Below are positions 1 to 11,880 of a stretch of DNA of 64,000 nt, one piece after another. Origin of the DNA: Tubulanus polymorphus (taxonomy: Eukaryota > Animalia > Nemertea); NCBI RefSeq assembly GCF_964204645.1, contig NC_134032.1, forward strand, positions 2,938,175-3,002,174, in the 5' to 3' direction. How positions within the stretch are numbered: position 1 is the stretch's first letter; every line of letters begins with the position of its first letter. Position numbers and translations under genes: made by a program. Under the pieces are notes generated by a model that saw nothing but the letters and a program-made list of their open reading frames with translations, did no database searches and was not told the origin of the DNA.

Positions 1-1
1 T

Positions 2-595
2 GATGAAAATATTGCTAGAACAATTCAAACTCAATACAATCAAGGATTTTCATTATTATATGATTATATTGATAAATTTAAAACTGTAACTATTAATGCA
101 AATGATGAAATAATTAATGAGAATATTAACTTCCCTAGAAGATCTATTAAAGGTATATTAATATTTTTTACCATTGGAACGTATACTAATGGCGCAATAA
201 ATGTTGACAATTATTATAATCCTGAAATAACAAAAGTAGAAATAACTATCGAAGGAATAGCGAATAAAATATTTTGTCAAGGAATGAGAATGATAGATCA
301 ATGGCCAGAAATTAGAAAACATTTTATGAATGAAAAAGTAAAATCATTTGAAAATTGTAATATTAATCAAATTGATTATTATACCGGTAATAAATATGCA
401 TTATGGTTAGATTTTAGAACAACAGAAGATAATTCATTACATGGTTCTGGAAAAAAACTACAGAACACTAAAGATGGAATACAATTATTCATGAAAAAGA
501 ATAAAGGAATCAAAAATTTTAAAATGCACATTTATATTATATCTGACGCACAATTAAATATTGTAAATTCACAATTAGATAGTATTCAATATTAG
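2..595 (+). CDS. Polinton/Maverick major capsid protein, C-terminal part (5' end lies outside the window)
   Basis: Frame is open from base 2 (DENIARTIQ...PRRSIKGILIFF...NPEITKVEITIEG...KYALWLDFRTTEDNSLHGSG...HIYIISDAQLNI*). It resembles invertebrate Polinton capsid proteins from recall and lies directly upstream of integrase and ATPase. Confidence 0.65.
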   Translation, partial: DENIARTIQTQYNQGFSLLYDYIDKFKTVTINANDEIINENINFPRRSIKGILIFFTIGTYTNGAINVDNYYNPEITKVEITIEGIANKIFCQGMRMIDQWPEIRKHFMNEKVKSFENCNINQIDYYTGNKYALWLDFRTTEDNSLHGSGKKLQNTKDGIQLFMKKNKGIKNFKMHIYIISDAQLNIVNSQLDSIQY

Positions 596-625
596 AAATA
601 TAAAGTTAAAATTAAGGATATATAA

Positions 626-1753
626 ATGAGTGGTAAAAAAACTCCTAATACTAAAGAACAATATTTAAGAAATTTATATTACAACCCTGAGAGTTCGGTT
701 GCTTATTCTTCTACTAAAAATATATGGCGTAAAGTAAAACAAGATAAATTAGATAAGATAATCCCACAAAATTTAGTTAAATATAAAGATATAAATGAAT
801 TTATGTTAGAACAACCAACATATACAACACATAAAAAAATTGTTAGAAAATATAAAACTCGTAAAACTATGGTAAGTTATGTAGATCAACAGTGGCAAGG
901 AGATTTAATTGATATGAAAAATGTTAAGAAAGATAATGATGATTATTGGTGGTTATTAAATATAATTGATATTTTTAGTCGTTATGTATGGAGCTTCCCA
1001 CTTTATAGAAAAGATGCTGCACAAACATCACATGTTTTAAGAAAATTTCTTTCAGGTGGTAAACTAAAACCAGAAAAAATTCAATTTGATGATGGAAAAG
1101 AGTTTGATAATTCACTTGTTCATGAACTCTTAGATAATCATAATATTAAATATTTTTCAACAAAATCAGATAAAAAAGCAGCAGTTGTTGAACGATTTAA
1201 TAGAACATTAAGAACAAGAATGTGGAAATATTTTACAGCAAATAATACTTTTAAATGGATTGATGTTTTACCAAAATTGATAGAAGGATATAATAATTCT
1301 TATCATTCTTCTATTGGAATGAAACCTATTGATGCTAGAAAATCTGAAAATGCTGAAATTGTTTGGAATAATTTATATGGAGCATTTCTTGTTGATGATT
1401 TTGGTGAACCTAAATTTAAAGTTGGTCAAAATGTTAGAATTTCTAAGTATAAAAAGATATTTGATAAAGGATACGATCGAAATTTTACTAGAGAAATATA
1501 TAAAATAAAAAAGGTAATAACAACAAAACCATATGTTTATAAATTAGAAGATTTAGATGGTGAAGAAGTTGATGGCTACTTTAACGAAAAAGAATTAAGT
1601 TTAACTACTGAAAATCTAGAACAAGAATATAAAATTGAAAAAGTATTAAAAACAAAAACTGTTAAAAGAAAAAAATATTCTTTAGTAAAATGGGTTGGAT
1701 GGCCAGATAAATTTAATGAATGGATATTATCAAGTAAAATTAAAAATATATAA
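626..1753 (+). CDS. Retroviral-like (rve) DDE integrase with C-terminal chromodomain, Polinton type
   Basis: WQGDLIDM / IIDIFSRY / QFDDGKEF / VERFNRTL catalytic motifs; C-terminal YKIEKVL...LVKWVGWPDKFNEWI chromodomain. Confidence 0.95.
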   Translation: MSGKKTPNTKEQYLRNLYYNPESSVAYSSTKNIWRKVKQDKLDKIIPQNLVKYKDINEFMLEQPTYTTHKKIVRKYKTRKTMVSYVDQQWQGDLIDMKNVKKDNDDYWWLLNIIDIFSRYVWSFPLYRKDAAQTSHVLRKFLSGGKLKPEKIQFDDGKEFDNSLVHELLDNHNIKYFSTKSDKKAAVVERFNRTLRTRMWKYFTANNTFKWIDVLPKLIEGYNNSYHSSIGMKPIDARKSENAEIVWNNLYGAFLVDDFGEPKFKVGQNVRISKYKKIFDKGYDRNFTREIYKIKKVITTKPYVYKLEDLDGEEVDGYFNEKELSLTTENLEQEYKIEKVLKTKTVKRKKYSLVKWVGWPDKFNEWILSSKIKNI

Positions 1754-2362
1754 ATGAATAAGGAATTATTCATATTTGAGCCTCATAATATGTTAATTTC
1801 TGGTGTAACAAATTGTGGAAAAACTTATTTTATATTACATTTATTAGAAACTGTTTATGAAAACTATTTTGATAATATAGTATTATTTTGTCCAACATAT
1901 GAATTTAATCAAACTTATGATAAAAATATTACTAGGAATAATAAATTTATTATATTAGATCCTAAAACAGTAAAAGAAAATTTAGATAATTGTATAAAAA
2001 TAGCAATTGATATTTATAAAGGATCAAATACATTATTTATCATAGATGATTGTGCTAATCTACATGATTCAAAAGTTAGAGAAAGTGAGTTATGTTATTT
2101 AGCTTTTTCTGGCAGACATTTTGGGATAACAACTTGGGTTTTAAATCAAAAATATAATTCAATTGTTAAAGACTTTAGAGAAAACATTAGATTTCTAGTT
2201 TTATTCTACAATAAAGATAGAAAATCGATGAAAAATGCACTTGAGGAAAATGATATTATTCCACATGATTTACATAATGAATATATGGATAAGTTGAAAA
2301 ATGTTAAAAGATCAAAATTACTATTTAGATTACAACACCCATTTAAATATGAATTTATTTAA
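1754..2362 (+). CDS. FtsK/A32-like genome-packaging ATPase (Polinton)
   Basis: Walker A GVTNCGKT, Walker B LFIIDD, GRH...Q motif; starts immediately after the integrase stop (TAAATG). Confidence 0.9.
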   Translation: MNKELFIFEPHNMLISGVTNCGKTYFILHLLETVYENYFDNIVLFCPTYEFNQTYDKNITRNNKFIILDPKTVKENLDNCIKIAIDIYKGSNTLFIIDDCANLHDSKVRESELCYLAFSGRHFGITTWVLNQKYNSIVKDFRENIRFLVLFYNKDRKSMKNALEENDIIPHDLHNEYMDKLKNVKRSKLLFRLQHPFKYEFI

Positions 2363-2720
2363 ATTCAACTGGCTTGTTAATCTAGTTGAATTCTAGTTAT
2401 TGGTAGTTGTAACAAAAATCAAATAGATTTAACAATATTTTAACTAGCTTGTTAATCTAGTTTAATTCTAGTTGAATTCTAGTTGTTAGTAGTTGAAACA
2501 AAAATCAACTAGATTTAACAAGAAATAAACAAAAACAACAATATTTCAACTAGCTTGTTAATCTAGTTACATTCTAGTTACATTCTAGTTGAATTCTAGT
2601 TGTCAGTAGTTGAAACAAAAATCAACTAGATTTAACAAGAAATAAACAAAAACACTAATATTTCAACTAGCTTGTTAATCTAGTTGAATTCTAGTTACAT
2701 TCTAGTTAAATTCTAGTTGC
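2363..2720. repeat. Intergenic degenerate tandem repeat within Polinton 1 (about 4 units built on CAACTAG/CTAGTT)
   Basis: Recurring aactagcttgttaatctagtt...gaattctagtt...aacaaaaatcaactagatttaaca. Confidence 0.85.
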
Positions 2721-2752
2721 AACATCACACAATTAATTTTTTTGTTATATAA

Positions 2753-3343
2753 ATGGTAGGTGAAAAGAAAATAAAATCTAAAAATGGTGATGTTCCAATT
2801 GAAAAAACTTTAGATGATTTAGGAATAACAGAAACAAAATTAACTCCAGATGATGGTGCTTTAAATAATGTTACAACAAATAATAATCATGAATATTATC
2901 TTTATTGTAAACATCAATTAGAAATATTAATAGCATCTGGAAAATGTAAAAATTTTGTCGGTAAAAATTTAACTTATAATGAATTAGACACAATGAAATC
3001 AGATGAAATTATTAGATTATTTAAGATTTATGAAGCCGCGAGAACAGCTAGAATTAATGACGCGATATCAGAAAATGTAGTAAAAGGTTATAGTAAATTA
3101 TGTAATTATATACTACCAATTGAAGATGAAAATAGATTATATTCCGATTTAAAAAATGACTATTTAGTTATGGCTGAATTAAATAAATGGATTTGATATT
3201 TATCATTTCAATTAGGTGGATTTATGACATTATTATCAACTGGGGTTATAACATTTTCAAATATTGAAAGTAAACATATTTCTATAATAAATGAGCGAGG
3301 TGAAAGAAGTGAAGAAAAAACCGAGAACTCAGAAACAAATTGA
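2753..3343 (+). pseudogene. Polinton accessory ORF with one premature TGA (3194-3196) and a hydrophobic C-terminal segment
   Basis: Frame continues past the stop as YLSFQLGGFMTLLSTGVITFSN... to TGA at 3341-3343 (196 codons). Confidence 0.55.
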
Positions 3344-3641
3344 ATGGTCTCGACAATTAGGAATTAAATCACAAGAATATAAAAAAGCTGTAAAAGAAAA
3401 AATAAGTAATAAAAATGTTAATAAAAATGGTGAAAATATTATTTCTACTCCTTCTGATAGTAGAATATTTGATAAATATTTATATTTTACAGTTGGATTT
3501 GTAATTGTATTCATTTTGATTGGGTGTAATTGGTATAAGAAATCAAATTAAATTCATGATATTAGTAATTCTGAACCAACTGCTATCAAAAATGAAAGTA
3601 CTTCTGAAATTTCAAAATTGACAATAAAAAAAATGGATTAA
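3291..3641 (+). pseudogene. Small basic, single-TM Polinton accessory ORF, possibly with a premature TAA at 3549-3551
   Basis: Basic N-terminus, TM-like YLYFTVGFVIVFILIG; frame continues to ...KKMD* at 3641. Confidence 0.45.
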
Positions 3642-3704
3642 TATTTTAGAAAAAAAGCAAAAAAATAATTGAATATCACCATGTGGGTGTCGTACGGCAC
3701 CATC

Positions 3705-4400
3705 TCACTGCGGAGCAATTAAATTGTCTAGATAAGTCATTTCGGATTCCTCAACGTATCGTTCATTATTTGGATTATTGTTCCATTGATCAATAAATTT
3801 CTTTGCTTTTGTTAACTGTTCTGAATATAACTGTAAATCTAGTTTATTAGATTTGGTTTGATTTTCTTTCTTTTCTAAAGGTCTTAAATTTTTCCAACCC
3901 CAAATAAGTTTTTTATCGTATTCATCATTCATGTTAAATTTAGATATTGGTAACACGTGATCAATATGGTAATAATCCCCATAATTATCTATATTCATTT
4001 TATCATCGAATTGAAATATAATCCATGATTTGAGAAATTCATCTGAACAACCCAACAAATTAGTTAATGTTTCTGAATGTGTTTCTTTGTTGAATAATTG
4101 TGTTAATCTAGTCCTTAAGCATTGTTTCAATCTAAAATTAAGATCTGTTTGATATCTTTCTCTCATATATTCTGCCATATAATAATTATAATGTTCTATA
4201 TTATCTTCTCGATATTGTTTGGTGTATAGTTTAGCACAAGTTTTACAACAATTTTGAAAACCATCTTTGCTAATCTTACGCTTACTAAATTCTGTTATAG
4301 CTAATTTATCTAATTCACATTTAGAACACTTCTTGTAGTATATGTTTATAACGCCAGTGTTATTTGTAATATTGATAATTTGTGGTTGTTCTGGTTCCAT
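3705..4400 (-). CDS. HNH-family endonuclease with N-terminal CxxC...CxxC zinc finger
   Basis: KKCSKC...CCKTC; YHIDHVLP...WKNLRPLEKKENQTKSNK, typical of viral HNH nucleases. Confidence 0.8.
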   Translation of the reverse strand: MEPEQPQIINITNNTGVINIYYKKCSKCELDKLAITEFSKRKISKDGFQNCCKTCAKLYTKQYREDNIEHYNYYMAEYMRERYQTDLNFRLKQCLRTRLTQLFNKETHSETLTNLLGCSDEFLKSWIIFQFDDKMNIDNYGDYYHIDHVLPISKFNMNDEYDKKLIWGWKNLRPLEKKENQTKSNKLDLQLYSEQLTKAKKFIDQWNNNPNNERYVEESEMTYLDNLIAPQ

Positions 4401-4557
4401 TTATTAGGAAAAAAAATTACTTGTGGTGATGAGTATGAAAAAAATAATTGAATATCTCACTACTTTTGTCTATCTATGTGGAGCAATTAAATTGTCCAGA
4501 TAAGTCATTTCGGATTCTAGATATTCATTATTTTTATTAATTTATTTTTTTTTAAAT

Positions 4558-4884
4558 TTAATCAACAATTTCTAAATCATGATGGCCATCTTCATTTTTT
4601 CCATGATAGATTATTTTAAATCCTTCTAAATCTTTTAATTCCTCTATACTCAATGAAACCCATTTATCAGGTAAAAATACTTTAAATTCTCGTGATGTAC
4701 TAACATTACAGTAGCTTAAATTAGCTGATACTTTCTCTCCATATTTAGTTTTTATCTTTTCTAATTTCAATATTTTATGTTCAATTTCTTTTGTAACATC
4801 AACTAACTTTTTTATTTCAAATTGTTTTTTTGCTGGTTTTATTCTGTTATTTATTGTTGCTAAGAATGCTTTTCTATCTCCCAT
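4558..4884 (-). CDS. Polinton hypothetical protein (108 aa)
   Basis: Intact ORF sharing a 5' leader and TAAATG start with its neighbours. Confidence 0.6.
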   Translation of the reverse strand: MGDRKAFLATINNRIKPAKKQFEIKKLVDVTKEIEHKILKLEKIKTKYGEKVSANLSYCNVSTSREFKVFLPDKWVSLSIEELKDLEGFKIIYHGKNEDGHHDLEIVD

Positions 4885-5124
4885 TTATAAGGAAAACAAA
4901 TTACTTGTGGTGATGAGTGGGGACGCGCACTCACTGTTTATGTGTGTCACAATTTTACTACGTAATATTTCTAAAATTTCAATTGTATCTTTTATTTCTA
5001 GTGAATCAATATAATTTCTAACATTTTCAATGTAAGGTTTATCGATGTATTTTTTACAATATTGACAATAATATTGATTTTTATTGACATTATTGTTTTC
5101 TGTCTGGAACTCATTCTCCCCCAT
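4885..5124 (-). CDS. Polinton hypothetical protein (79 aa, one CxxC)
   Basis: Intact ORF with the shared leader and TAAATG start. Confidence 0.5.
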   Translation of the reverse strand: MGENEFQTENNNVNKNQYYCQYCKKYIDKPYIENVRNYIDSLEIKDTIEILEILRSKIVTHINSECASPLITTSNLFSL

Positions 5125-6580
5125 TTATTAGGGAAAAAAATTACTTGTGGTGATGAGTGGGGTGTCTCGCCCTCGCGCCCTCTGGCCTGAAACCCCACTT
5201 TTCTAATTACTAATATTCTGACTTGGTTGAGAATTATTATTATAGAGCCAAGTGACTTGTCAAATTTCACGCTCCAACACTCACCTATCAATAGTGAGTT
5301 AAGTGTAAGATTTTGATTGGCACTTTCATCTAGGCGTGTCATAGATTTGCAGGTATTGTTGTCGGTACGAACTGTGGTAATAATTATTTTACCACGGTTC
5401 CCTCTGAGAGGGCTGGCCACTTAAAGGTGATATCTGACATCAATGTGTTTCATGTAAACGTAGTACCGGTAACAGTCTAAATTTGAAGGAGAAACACACG
5501 TTCGGATTTTAAGATAAATAATAATCCGTTAGTAAAGAAATTAACGTTTAGGCAATATAGAAATTATATGTAATCTAAAAACTCTGCTGATCAGCTGGAT
5601 GTCGAATTGGTGACGAGTTTTATACAGTTGAATTCATACCACAGAATACGATTTAGACCGGACCTCGTGCCAGTTCCAACCACAGAATAGTCCGTTCAAA
5701 AATTTGGATCGGACCTGGGTTCGCTCTTTTAGGTCCGTCAAAAACCGGTCTAAAATGGAAAAGGCAAATTCGGAATGGATTGTTTGCTCGTGTAAACGCT
5801 TGGTCTGGTCAAACTGGACCGGACCAAGTTTAGGCCGGTCTTAACGATGTCGAGTGAACACCCCTTTAAACTTCACTCGGGGTAGACTATCTTGCAAGTC
5901 TCAACTTTACCGAAGTATAAGACATGTATGGCTCTCATTCGTATGACAATATGTATGGTTTTTAATTTATTTGTTTGTAGAACAATTCAAATTACTTTCG
6001 GGAATAGCATAATCGTCGAGCAGTGAATAAATATTGAACACAAAGATTCGGTAATTATCGAGAAACGAGGCACTTCTTAAGTAGATTTTTGTCGGGGATA
6101 TTTCGCTTCATCTCCTTAACACATACGTCGAGTGTGTCATTTGCAAAAATGGGCAGTCTGAATAGACCATGAATAGACCAGGGTTAAATGGACGGGCGGA
6201 CGTCTCTAATAAACGCGACGTGGATACTTAAAGGTGTCTTTTTCCGAACCGAATCTGACTTACTGACAGTAATTAATAAATGGCTCAAGTCTGTTAGGCC
6301 ACACAGAAATACACTAGTTTCTCATCACATTCTGTTTTGTGACGAGGGCAGGCGAATTCTATTTATTGTTTTTTTTTTTTCAAATAAAAAGTTGAAATAA
6401 AAAGCTCAACCTGAGACTTATAGAGCAGACGCGGGAGGGAAGTTTTTTTCCCGAATGACAAAAACAAATACCAGTAATGCAAGTAAATAAAGTAAGTTTA
6501 AATAAAGCAAGTAATATGCATAAAATCTTTTTGTTCATGCCTTTAACCAAGTCCACTAGCCGCTCATAAAAAACCCTTAC

Positions 6581-6762
6581 CAGGGACTACGTTTGACTAT
6601 AAACTCCCGTTGAACTCTATTTTCAGCCAAATAGCTAGCAACCTCATGCGACGTAATTATCTCATTCAAGACTTCATTGGCCGATGTAAAAGTAGTTATT
6701 TTATACTAGTTATTTGGCTGAAAATAGAGTTCAACGGGAGTTTATAGTCAAACGTAGTCCCT
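6581..6762. mobile_element. MITE with ~55 bp terminal inverted repeats
   Basis: agggactacgtttgactataaactcccgttgaactctattttcagccaaata ... tatttggctgaaaatagagttcaacgggagtttatagtcaaacgtagtccct. Confidence 0.8.
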
Positions 6763-6764
6763 CG

Positions 6765-8010
6765 CTCAAAATAGTAAAACGCTCAAAAACGAAATACTCC
6801 GTCTTAGCGCGGTAAGATTTGTTTCTGCGCGCCCGCAAAAACAAACTTTAAGCGCAAAACGGAATATAACGTTTTTCGCGCTAAAACTTTGTTTTTCGCG
6901 GTCGTCAAGTAACGCAAAAAAAAACATATATTTAGATAATTTACGCGCGCTACTATGATGTCACGCTGTCGCCATCTATTAGATTAAACGGTAACTTAAG
7001 AAATGATTAATCTATGTAGTTGTATTAATTGATTTCAAAGAAAAACTCACTTGATTCAAGTTTACGACCCCTTGATGAATAAATATATGCATATATCGTT
7101 TGTTATTATCGTCTTCGATTGATCACAATACAATGAAGTTTTATTGTTGAAAATACCGATAGTTGAATATGATTGACCGGCAACCAGTCTAGCCCCATTA
7201 TATATTGATAACGTAGGCACACCAGCCAACACACAACCATATTAATAACGCGTGGTAGTTATTAATGTATGTTAACATATCGTATCGGTTTTTACGGTGT
7301 CACAAAACCTTTCAAAATACTAAGAAAAATATCGGCATAACTTTCTGCTAGTTTTCTACCTTAAATACAGATATTTATCTTCATTTCTGAAAGATTCATT
7401 TTCTGAGAGACATTTCTAGCAGAACATTGAATTGGAATCTGCAGCACTTGGTACGAACGTGTTAGATATAAATACCGTGCACGTTATATTAAAGTTAAAA
7501 AAAAACAATTCCCATATTAGACCATGCGTTAGATTTGTAGATACAGAATTAATAAAAATAAATGAAATTTGACGTTGTTTGTTTGTTTACATTGCTTTAC
7601 GTCGTTTAGATCTCTATTTGTCCTATGACTAACCCTATTGAACATTTGCAATGTTTCACCAGTTGGGTTAAATAGTAGGGTTAGATTGAAAAAGCTATTT
7701 TCAGATTGTTCTACCAGTTCCAAATTATATTCAAATCGTATGGTAATTAGGGGTGGGACTAGGTAGATCTAACAAGTTATCACATAGAAACTGTTTGATC
7801 TAATAGATGGCGACAGCATACCTGCAGGCGTAATATTTTTTAAGTTCACGACCGCTGGCGATTAAAAAAAATATTCGGATTATTTCGTTTTTGCGCGTTA
7901 TAAGTTTGTTTTTGCGCAGTAATATTTGTTTTTGCGCGGTCAGATTTGTTTTTGCGCGTTTTCGTGGAGGACGAAAAAAAATTTTACATGTCCCGAATCA
8001 GCCACCATAG
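6765..8010. mobile_element. Non-autonomous DNA-transposon remnant with inverted subterminal repeats
   Basis: gcgcaaaa-type repeats at ~6780-6920 mirrored by tttgtttttgcgcg repeats at ~7885-7960. Confidence 0.45.
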
Positions 8011-8238
8011 CTCGACCGATAGGTCGACACATATAAAAGGCAAGCGTAGCATTTTGATTCACTATGACCAGACTTTATCACAAGAGGGCCTAAGTAATCT
8101 AAATCCGTATAATCGAAATATGGGACCGATACTACTCGACTGCTAGAACCGATACTACTCGATTGCTAGGCAAAGGCAGATGTAGTGGAAGGTTGACCCT
8201 GAATACACTAGCATTTAAAACATGGATTTAATTACGTT

Positions 8239-8505
8239 TTAACGCGCTGTCTGAGATCTGGAATTCAATAACGAGTTCGTACATCGGCGATGGTAGCATT
8301 TACACGTAGATGAAAATTCAAGAATGTGATTTCGAAAACACCAAATCCACAAATTTGTGATACTTTGGCAACGAAATAGGATAGGTCTCTTTGCCAAATC
8401 AGAAATGTCAGCATCGTCGATTCTGCCGTTTGAATGTACTATTCCATCGTCACCGATACATAACTGTAAGTTTTCAGTCAATCTATCAGTAACTGGATAA
8501 CTCAA
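8239..8505 (-). mobile_element. BEL/Pao LTR-retrotransposon pol fragment
   Basis: LQLCIGDDGIVHSNGRIDDADISDLAKRPILF fits the RNaseH-integrase linker pattern of Pao elements. Confidence 0.6.
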
Positions 8506-8793
8506 TTATGTAAGAAAACCATTATCCCAATATCCGAGTAAAAGATCGAAAGTATATGTATTTGATGATGTTGTGATAATATATGGATTCGGGAGTCAAA
8601 AAATCCAGTTCAAAGTTCAGTGAAAATGAACTAATTTTGACAACGGATGACCTACTGCTCTTCACGCCATCTGGCGGGATAGCTGGTTTTGCGGGTTGTT
8701 AGATATTTGTATTAGGGGAAACCTGCTATGCATGCTGATGCTAGTTTTTAGAAGTAGGCATTGCATAATCGGAAGTCAAAGTATTCGTATCTC

Positions 8794-9967
8794 CTATTGA
8801 ATTTTATTACATGGATCAGTATTGTAGTAGAACAGTTTTATAAATTGTCTTCTAAAAACTTGTAACGTACCGAAATATATGAAAAAGTTTACGCAGAACA
8901 AGACGTTTCGAAATCCGTAGAATATTCCTTCGAATTCACGCCACAAAACTATTAGGTAAAACGTTCTAGTAGGGGATCCGTAAAATTAATACGATGGTTT
9001 ATCCAGATCACATACATGAGTTATCGTTGAAGTTATGCGTGAATTTAGTGACAGTGTTGGGTAGAACACAAATTATATAGACTAAAATGACAACTAGAAG
9101 TGTTTTACTGGTCGATGACATGGTAGATTTCTAAGCACGTGATGAACCAGTTAGGATTGATGCTATGATGACCGCAATGGCCGGAAATATCTCCTGAAAG
9201 AATACGCTTGCCATTGTTATAATGACATAATGAAATTGGTTCATCCTATCAGACTGCTTGCAACTGAATTGAGTGAAGGTTTCGTTATATCTACGAACCG
9301 CATTGCGATAAATGTAGATGATTTTACTTGAAGAATCGAGGTTTATGATACAGGAAAACACTATGACACCACATACTATGACGACACGCCGCTTGTAGGT
9401 GAAATATCTCATATGAAAGAATGGAAAACGTATAGAAACAAATCTTTCAACAGCAATTGCTAAGACTATGTAGTGTGATACTGCTATTGCTTGGTTGTAA
9501 GATATGTTAACCAACAAAAATTTTGGAATGAATTTGTTAGGAATGTACTGAAAATAATAATAGAAATGGTACAATGATGATGAACACAGTTTGCCATGTT
9601 TCGACAATGTCATATAGTTATCTCCACATATTTTCGGGTAAAATTGGAATTTAACCAGGATGTATTTCAAATACTATGGAAAGTTGCTCAGCTTGATAAA
9701 TAAAACAATTTGTTCCGAAAACGCGAGAGTTATGAGATAGGGGAACGTGTAAGGAACAGTCTGGTATCTGCGACATTTTATCAGTAGAATTATTGTCAGA
9801 AAGTTGAACACACTTCCGAGTGGAAACACTAACAAAGTAAATGCGTAGAAGTTGAGAAGATAAGCGCATCTAGTAAAACTTCTAAAGGCTGTAATAAAGG
9901 CTGGTGTCCTAGCAGCGTATGACAGTCGCTGGGTTTTAGTAACGGCGATGATAGTAACATTATTCAT
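8794..9967 (-). pseudogene. Intronless rhodopsin-type GPCR pseudogene
   Basis: TM1 GSVFN, TM2 YLITLAFSE, TM3 AIAVERF...FP, TM5 FQEIFP, TM7 VNFFIY. Split by frameshifts (first near 9680) and a stop at 9131. Confidence 0.8.
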
Positions 9968-10909
9968 TGATGATACCAGCCGTTTAGAATCCGAATGCTA
10001 CTCAGTGAACTGCGCAGAAACGCACACGATGCACCCGTCTATCAACTGTTATCATTTCTCAACAACCGATATGAAATTACAGTTGAGATGCTCGACATCA
10101 AACTCACCGTATATAATTATGGATAAAACGGCACTTCTAATATTACTCACTCTGATCGCTCTTTCAATCTCAAACGAAGGTTTCAGTTCTCATAATAAAC
10201 TCCTTTTAAATTGTCAGTACGCTAGGACTCATAACCTAACTATGCGCAGTGATTCGTGTTATATTTTATTTTCGGACGAAGAAACAAATCTTTAGTACTA
10301 CGTGTCATAGCAATGTTGTCGGATTTTCTATTGCAAATTTTGTTTAAATTTTAATCCATGTGTCCGTAAATAAACACAAAAATTATATTGTTATTGTTTG
10401 AAACAGTAAAGCACGTAGGCCTTAAAGTAGCACAACTCAATAAACACTTCAAGCGGCCAAACGCTCTCAGATCACCCGCGGTATCGGAAATACTGAATCC
10501 GAATATCAACTAATATCCTAATACTAGTTCAGTCAAAAGTGTTGTGTAATGGATAGATTATGTATTTGTAAGATAGCTTACACTTCGATTGTATAAGATG
10601 GTTACAAATTCCTAAACGAAATCAAACTTGATAAATTTAGATTTAGGTTAAATTTTCCTTTCAGCTATCTCCGCGTTTGTTCGGCCATGTGATCGTTGTG
10701 CTATCACCGAGCCGTCCGAGTTCAGGAAACACCGACAGTTGCTTCGTTAGATTCCTCTCACGTGACTCCATTTTATCGCTACGCACGTGTTATGAACCGT
10801 GATACATTCTGCAAACATGTGCAGGAAATATCAGTTTATCAATTAACAAACAGAGTCCACCGTTGTTTAGGGGAAGGACCGTCTGAACCATACTTGAAAT
10901 CAGGCATTG

Positions 10910-11851
10910 TTATTTCTCTGAACTCATACAGCCAATCTTCGCATAGAAATATACGCGAATTTCTCGTCCCAGTAATAGGAATATGTAAAAATTAATCACA
11001 TAATTACAGATTTGAAACGGTGTAAAAATGTCATTAAGAAAATCTCTCTGTTCTACCGAGATTGGTAAATATGTAGTAATAGTGGACGGAAGAGTGAACA
11101 TTGCAAAAGCGAGTGAAACTGTTACAAGCGTTATCGTTGTACGTTTTGATTTGGTTGTTTTCTGATCGGACGAAAGCATTTTTGAACCTCTGAATAACTG
11201 AATGATTATTACAGAATTTGATGTTAGAATCAAAATCAAAGGTAGAATGTTTACGTAGACAACGATCAGAGAGAAATATGTTATTTGCTCAAATGATTCC
11301 CCGAAACATCCTAAAAACTGGTCGATGTAATGCATCGACAAAACAGGCGTGAGATATAGAACCAGTAAATTCACTGCAGTTATTATCAATATAGTAAATC
11401 TAGCGAATCTCGGTGAACATATCAAACGAGTTGTGAACGGGAAGAGCACAATCGCCGCACGTTCTTGAGATATCGCTACTATTAACCACGAACTATTGCT
11501 GCATGCAAGAATCATTAAAAATTCATATATTTGACAACTGATCAGTGAATTCATCATGAATATAGGACCGTCTTTAACTTGATAGAGAACAAACTGTAAA
11601 ACGGGCATCAGAGTGAAATTGATACAATCACAAGCAGACAAAGCGATCAAGTAGTTAGCGTACGATAAACTACGGAATCTGCGACTAATAATTATCAGGA
11701 AAGTAGCCGAATTTCCGAATGCTCCTAACAGGAACCAGACGGGCAAAATGACCAGTGACACAGTACGGTAGACTCCAGACCTGTTCACTACAGACATGAG
11801 AACGATGTAACCAAGATAAGGTCGACCAATTTGCATCTGAGAAGAATTCAT
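10910..11851 (-). CDS. Intronless rhodopsin-type (class A) GPCR, 313 aa
   Basis: Seven hydrophobic segments; GN (TM1), LSACD (TM2), ISQERA (DRY-like), TLP (TM6), INFYIF (TM7). Confidence 0.9.
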   Translation of the reverse strand: MNSSQMQIGRPYLGYIVLMSVVNRSGVYRTVSLVILPVWFLLGAFGNSATFLIIISRRFRSLSYANYLIALSACDCINFTLMPVLQFVLYQVKDGPIFMMNSLISCQIYEFLMILACSNSSWLIVAISQERAAIVLFPFTTRLICSPRFARFTILIITAVNLLVLYLTPVLSMHYIDQFLGCFGESFEQITYFSLIVVYVNILPLILILTSNSVIIIQLFRGSKMLSSDQKTTKSKRTTITLVTVSLAFAMFTLPSTITTYLPISVEQRDFLNDIFTPFQICNYVINFYIFLLLGREIRVYFYAKIGCMSSEK

Positions 11852-11880
11852 GATTCACGCGGATCAAATGATGGTGTATT

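Larger units (their letters stand above)
1..5211. mobile_element. Polinton/Maverick element 1, right-hand portion
   Basis: Capsid, integrase and ATPase in tandem. Likely terminus ...ctaattact at 5211 (AGTAATTAG on the - strand, an AG-type end), where the densely packed ORFs stop. Confidence 0.85.

Noticed and set aside
1-5211. Phage or bacterial contamination
   Set aside because: The gene set (chromodomain integrase, A32-like ATPase) is Polinton-type and is contiguous with animal genes and repeats.
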